Shown one piece after another: positions 60,705-64,000 of a stretch of DNA of 64,000 nucleotides. The notes under the pieces are model-generated. The model worked only from the letters and a program-made list of their open reading frames with translations. It did no database searches and had not been told where the DNA came from. The translations under genes were made by a program, and so were the position numbers. Position 1 is the first letter of the stretch, and each line of letters opens with the position of its first letter. The stretch is from assembly GCA_964530255.1 (NCBI GenBank), contig CAZGZW010000001.1, forward strand, positions 27,040-91,039, in the 5' to 3' direction. This DNA comes from an uncultured Rhodoluna sp. GTDB lineage: Bacteria > Actinomycetota > Actinomycetes > Actinomycetales > Microbacteriaceae.

Positions 60705-61867
60705 GCTTCCAATTGTTTCTTGATAAGGCTGGTTCCCACAACAGTAAATAGCCCCAGAGCAACGCCTACTCCGATAGCTAAATTGAGTGGCACTATGGTG
60801 GCGAGGAAGCCGATCAGGGCTGGCCCGCCAAGGACTCCCGCATAGGTAATTCCTACGACTTTGGCCATGTTGCGTCCCTGATGCGACTTTTCGCCGATTT
60901 CTGCCCCTAGAACAAAAAATTGTGGGACGACCGCGGCGATTCCCATACCCGCAACTAGCCAGCCGAGAAGGGCAACGGGAATATTCGGTGCCAATGTCAC
61001 AATGAAAATTCCAACTGCGCTGATTCCTGAGCCGAATCGAATGATGTTCACACGCCCGATTTTGGCAATGAGTCGATCAACAAAAAAGCGCACGGCAGCC
61101 ATGGTTCCGCTGTAAAACATCACGGCTAAAGCTGCAGTTGCTTCTTCAGCTCCGAGTATTTTCACCAAATGAAGCGCCGACCAGTCAACGCCTACACCCT
61201 CGGCTATGGCTGCCGAACCAGAAAGCAAACCTAAAAAGATGACCAGGCCGAGAACCTGTCGATTTGCCTGATTGCTTTCCGACTTCTCATCTGAAGATTG
61301 AGGCTGGTCGTTTCTGGTGTTGATTAGCAATGGTTTTAGTAGCAGCGAGACAGTAAAAATGACCACAGACCAAGCTGTCAGAGCGATTTGGATAGGCAAG
61401 TTGATGCTCAAGAAAAAACCACCGACAGTCGCACCAATTACACCTCCTACCGACCACATGCCGTGAAATGCGCTGAAGATCGGGCGACCGTAAGCCTCTT
61501 CAATGGTTACCGCCTGGGCATTCATACCAATATCGGTTGATCCAATAAAAATCCCAGCCACAAAAGCGCTGACGCACAGCCACAGAAAGTTTGGTGACAG
61601 CCCGATACCCAAAAGCCCCAAGCCCATCAGCGCACTCGTGATTGGTGTGGTCAACTGAGAACCAAATCGGTCGATGAGTTGCCCGGTTAGCTGCATCGAG
61701 GTGAGCGCGCCGCCCCCAATTAGCAAAATCGCAATACCAATTTGAGCGTGGGTTATTGAAAGACTCTGCTCGATGTTTGGAATTCGCACTGCCCACATAG
61801 TCAGCATTGATCCGTTAAGGGCAAAATAGGTGAAGACGGCTAGTCGGGCCTTCTGAATTTTAGACAT
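60701..61867 (-). CDS. MFS transporter
   Basis: Twelve hydrophobic segments are present. There is a 4-nt overlap with the downstream OYE gene. Confidence 0.85.
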   Translation of the reverse strand: MSKIQKARLAVFTYFALNGSMLTMWAVRIPNIEQSLSITHAQIGIAILLIGGGALTSMQLTGQLIDRFGSQLTTPITSALMGLGLLGIGLSPNFLWLCVSAFVAGIFIGSTDIGMNAQAVTIEEAYGRPIFSAFHGMWSVGGVIGATVGGFFLSINLPIQIALTAWSVVIFTVSLLLKPLLINTRNDQPQSSDEKSESNQANRQVLGLVIFLGLLSGSAAIAEGVGVDWSALHLVKILGAEEATAALAVMFYSGTMAAVRFFVDRLIAKIGRVNIIRFGSGISAVGIFIVTLAPNIPVALLGWLVAGMGIAAVVPQFFVLGAEIGEKSHQGRNMAKVVGITYAGVLGGPALIGFLATIVPLNLAIGVGVALGLFTVVGTSLIKKQLEA

Positions 61868-61891
61868 TTCTATAGCCTAGGGAGTCGGAGG

Positions 61892-62695
61892 GTGGCTTTG
61901 AGTCGTTTCATTTCTAATCTCACCCAGTTGGACGATAAGTATTCACACGGCGTAGTTGGCTTTGTAACCGGTTCTGAAAAATATCCAGGTGCGGCATTAC
62001 TTGGGGTTTCAGCAGCCATCATGGCCGGTGCCGGCTTGGTTCGATACCTAGGCACTGAGAAGGCAGAGCGCTTGGTGCTCTCGAATCGTCCTGAGGTTGT
62101 CTTAGAGGACGGTAGGGCTGACACCTGGGTTTTGGGTTCGGGTGTAGCCAGTGATAGCGAAATACAAATCCGGCGGGTAATCGAGAAACAAACCGAAGCA
62201 CTATTGGTAATTGATGCTGAAGGCCTGTTTTGTGTTGATTACGAAAAAGTTAGCGGCCGAGCTGTCCTTACTCCTCACGCCGGCGAGCTTGTTACTTTGT
62301 TGAATCGATTCGGCGTCACTGTAGATCGGGAAACTGTGAAGTTAGATCCGGAACACTTTGCCCTGCTGGCGGCCGAACATACCGGTCAATGTGTTTTGTT
62401 GAAAGGCCACAGCAGTTTCGTGGCACAAAACGGAGTTGTTCATAAGGTTGGCCCCAATTCAACGGCTCTGGCAACCGCAGGCAGTGGCGATGTACTGGCT
62501 GGAGTTCTAGGGGCATTACTTGCGGCAAATCGCGACCGGGTCTCTGGTGACCTGGTTGAATTTTTAGCACTGGTCGAATTTGCGGTTGGTCTGCACTCGG
62601 CTGCAGCAGCAAACCTAGCGAAAACTCAAGTTGTTGCCGCACTAGACCTAACCCAAGAGATCGGCCACCTGGTTGCCGAGCTAAGAACGGCCTAG
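61892..62695 (+). CDS. ADP-dependent NAD(P)H-hydrate dehydratase (YjeF C-terminal domain only)
   Basis: It has the ribokinase-like fold. The motifs GSGDVLAG and HGVVGFVTGS are present. No N-terminal epimerase domain is present. Confidence 0.8.
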   Translation: MALSRFISNLTQLDDKYSHGVVGFVTGSEKYPGAALLGVSAAIMAGAGLVRYLGTEKAERLVLSNRPEVVLEDGRADTWVLGSGVASDSEIQIRRVIEKQTEALLVIDAEGLFCVDYEKVSGRAVLTPHAGELVTLLNRFGVTVDRETVKLDPEHFALLAAEHTGQCVLLKGHSSFVAQNGVVHKVGPNSTALATAGSGDVLAGVLGALLAANRDRVSGDLVEFLALVEFAVGLHSAAAANLAKTQVVAALDLTQEIGHLVAELRTA

Positions 62696-63900
62696 GCCTC
62701 CAGTAGTTCTTGAAGAAGGGGGCCGACAACCTCGTGTTCGATCAGAAAACCGTCGTGGCCAAAGTCTGAGGTTATTGTTCTGAGCCCGCCACCGACAATC
62801 AAATCAGCCGCTATACCATCGGCAATCAGCTGCTGATCCTGAATCGGGAAGAGTCGATCGCTATCGATTCCAACCACGAGCGTTTTGGCTTTTATTTCTT
62901 GTAGCGCTGCCGATACCGATCCGCGCCCACGGCCGATATCGTGCGAGTTCATCGCCTCAACCAAGGTTATGTAGCTGTTTGCGTCGAAGCGTCTGGTGAA
63001 CTTATTGCCGTGGAAATCTAAATAGCTTTCTACTGCGAATCTTCCTCCACCTCCCAAAGGAGACACCCCAGACTGCCAACTGCGCTCGAAACGGGCATTC
63101 AGCTCACCGGGGGAACGGTAGTTGAGCAGTGCCATTCGACGTGCTAGAGCTAGACCTCGATGTGGCCCAAAGCCAGGTTTGGCATCGTAGTAAAACCCAT
63201 CCTTAAACGCCGGGTCGGTCTTGATTGCTTCTACCTGAACTGAATTTAGGGCAATTTGATCCGCGCTTGAAATCGCCGGTGCAGCTATGACTGCAATTCT
63301 TTTCACCTCATCCGGATAGGTGACTGCCCACTCCAGGGTGTGCATGCCTCCCATTGATCCTCCGATGATGGCATGCCAACGCTTGATCCCGATTGAGTGG
63401 GCAAATTCGTGCTGCGCGAGAACCTGATCGCGGATGGTTAGGTATGGAAACAGGGATGCAAATTCACGGCCAAATTTGTCTAGCGAAGATGGTCCTGTGC
63501 TTCCTTGGCATCCTCCCAAAATATTGGGGGCAACCACGAAGTACTTGTCAGTGTCGATAGCTAGACCGGGTCCGACGATTTCCTTCCACCAGCCATCCGT
63601 GGGGTGTGATTTGCTTGCGGCCCCGCGCAGGTGTGAATCGCCGGTTAGGGCATGCAACACCAAGACCGCGTTGGTGTGTTCATGGTTCAACTCGCCCCAG
63701 GTTTCATAGGCGACTCGAGCCCCCTCTAACGCCCTGCCGCTTTCCAAATTCAGGGTTGGAAGATTGACAAATTGTCGATCTCCGGCCGGGTCACCATCTC
63801 GCCATGCTCCAGAAGCAGGAGGTCTACCGATCAGCTGCTTGCTGAGCTCATCGGTGATAAATGAAGACGGGACGGTGTCTTCGGAGGTTTGAAATTCCAT
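62692..63900 (-). CDS. metX: homoserine O-acetyltransferase
   Basis: It has the alpha/beta hydrolase nucleophile elbow GGSMGG. The motifs HALTGDSH and GHDGFL are present. The size is 402 aa. Confidence 0.92.
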   Translation of the reverse strand: MEFQTSEDTVPSSFITDELSKQLIGRPPASGAWRDGDPAGDRQFVNLPTLNLESGRALEGARVAYETWGELNHEHTNAVLVLHALTGDSHLRGAASKSHPTDGWWKEIVGPGLAIDTDKYFVVAPNILGGCQGSTGPSSLDKFGREFASLFPYLTIRDQVLAQHEFAHSIGIKRWHAIIGGSMGGMHTLEWAVTYPDEVKRIAVIAAPAISSADQIALNSVQVEAIKTDPAFKDGFYYDAKPGFGPHRGLALARRMALLNYRSPGELNARFERSWQSGVSPLGGGGRFAVESYLDFHGNKFTRRFDANSYITLVEAMNSHDIGRGRGSVSAALQEIKAKTLVVGIDSDRLFPIQDQQLIADGIAADLIVGGGLRTITSDFGHDGFLIEHEVVGPLLQELLEA

Positions 63901-64000
63901 GTTCTCCGCAGGATTGGGTTGGGCTGTTGAAAACTCTAAACCAATTCGAACCGGATGACCTCCTCAGGTAATTCATCACTCGTAATTAGAGGTAATAAAT

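Noticed and set aside
63901-64000. A possible SAM-type riboswitch upstream of metX.
   Set aside because: Only 100 nt of the upstream region lies in the window, and I could not recognise conserved SAM-I, SAM-IV or SAM-II core motifs by eye. This needs an Infernal scan on a longer sequence.

Overview
The window is a gene-dense, moderate-GC bacterial chromosome segment (GC judged by eye, not computed). It has about 64 protein genes, 2 tRNAs and very short intergenic spacers, and many adjacent genes overlap by 4 nt (ATGA/GTGA). Gene content and order indicate Actinobacteria. The evidence is a fused E1/E2-type Kgd (OdhA), a SigH-RshA pair divergent from aroA-rsgA-hisN, DUF4307 next to greA, and the order metG-tatD-rsmA-ispE ... 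glmU-prs-rplY-pth-mfd-mazG-eno-ftsB-DUF501. A streamlined Microbacteriaceae-like lineage is my guess and cannot be verified here. Most of the window is core housekeeping: translation, isoprenoid MEP genes ispE and ispH, glycolysis/gluconeogenesis genes eno, fbaA and glpX, TCA genes fumC and kgd, and DNA repair genes mfd, xseAB and rmuC. The only clearly accessory-looking block is about 38.6-45.3 kb. It holds a VanA/VanB-type two-component Rieske monooxygenase, an SRPBCC protein, a DUF1761 protein, a secreted FN3-5'-nucleotidase and an Fe-S type cryptochrome/photolyase. I found no transposases, integrases, CRISPR arrays, restriction or defence genes, or rRNA. I do not see convincing evidence for a novel multi-gene system. 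The best leads are: (1) a tRNA with a UAA (Leu) anticodon but a short-variable-loop class I fold; (2) a eukaryote/archaea-type HisRS plus DUF4287 inserted between mazG and eno; (3) the substrate-unknown Rieske oxygenase block; (4) a small ORF translationally coupled between rsmA and ispE; and (5) several palindromic or repeat-containing intergenic regions. All product calls come from motifs read by eye in the supplied translations; no database search was run.
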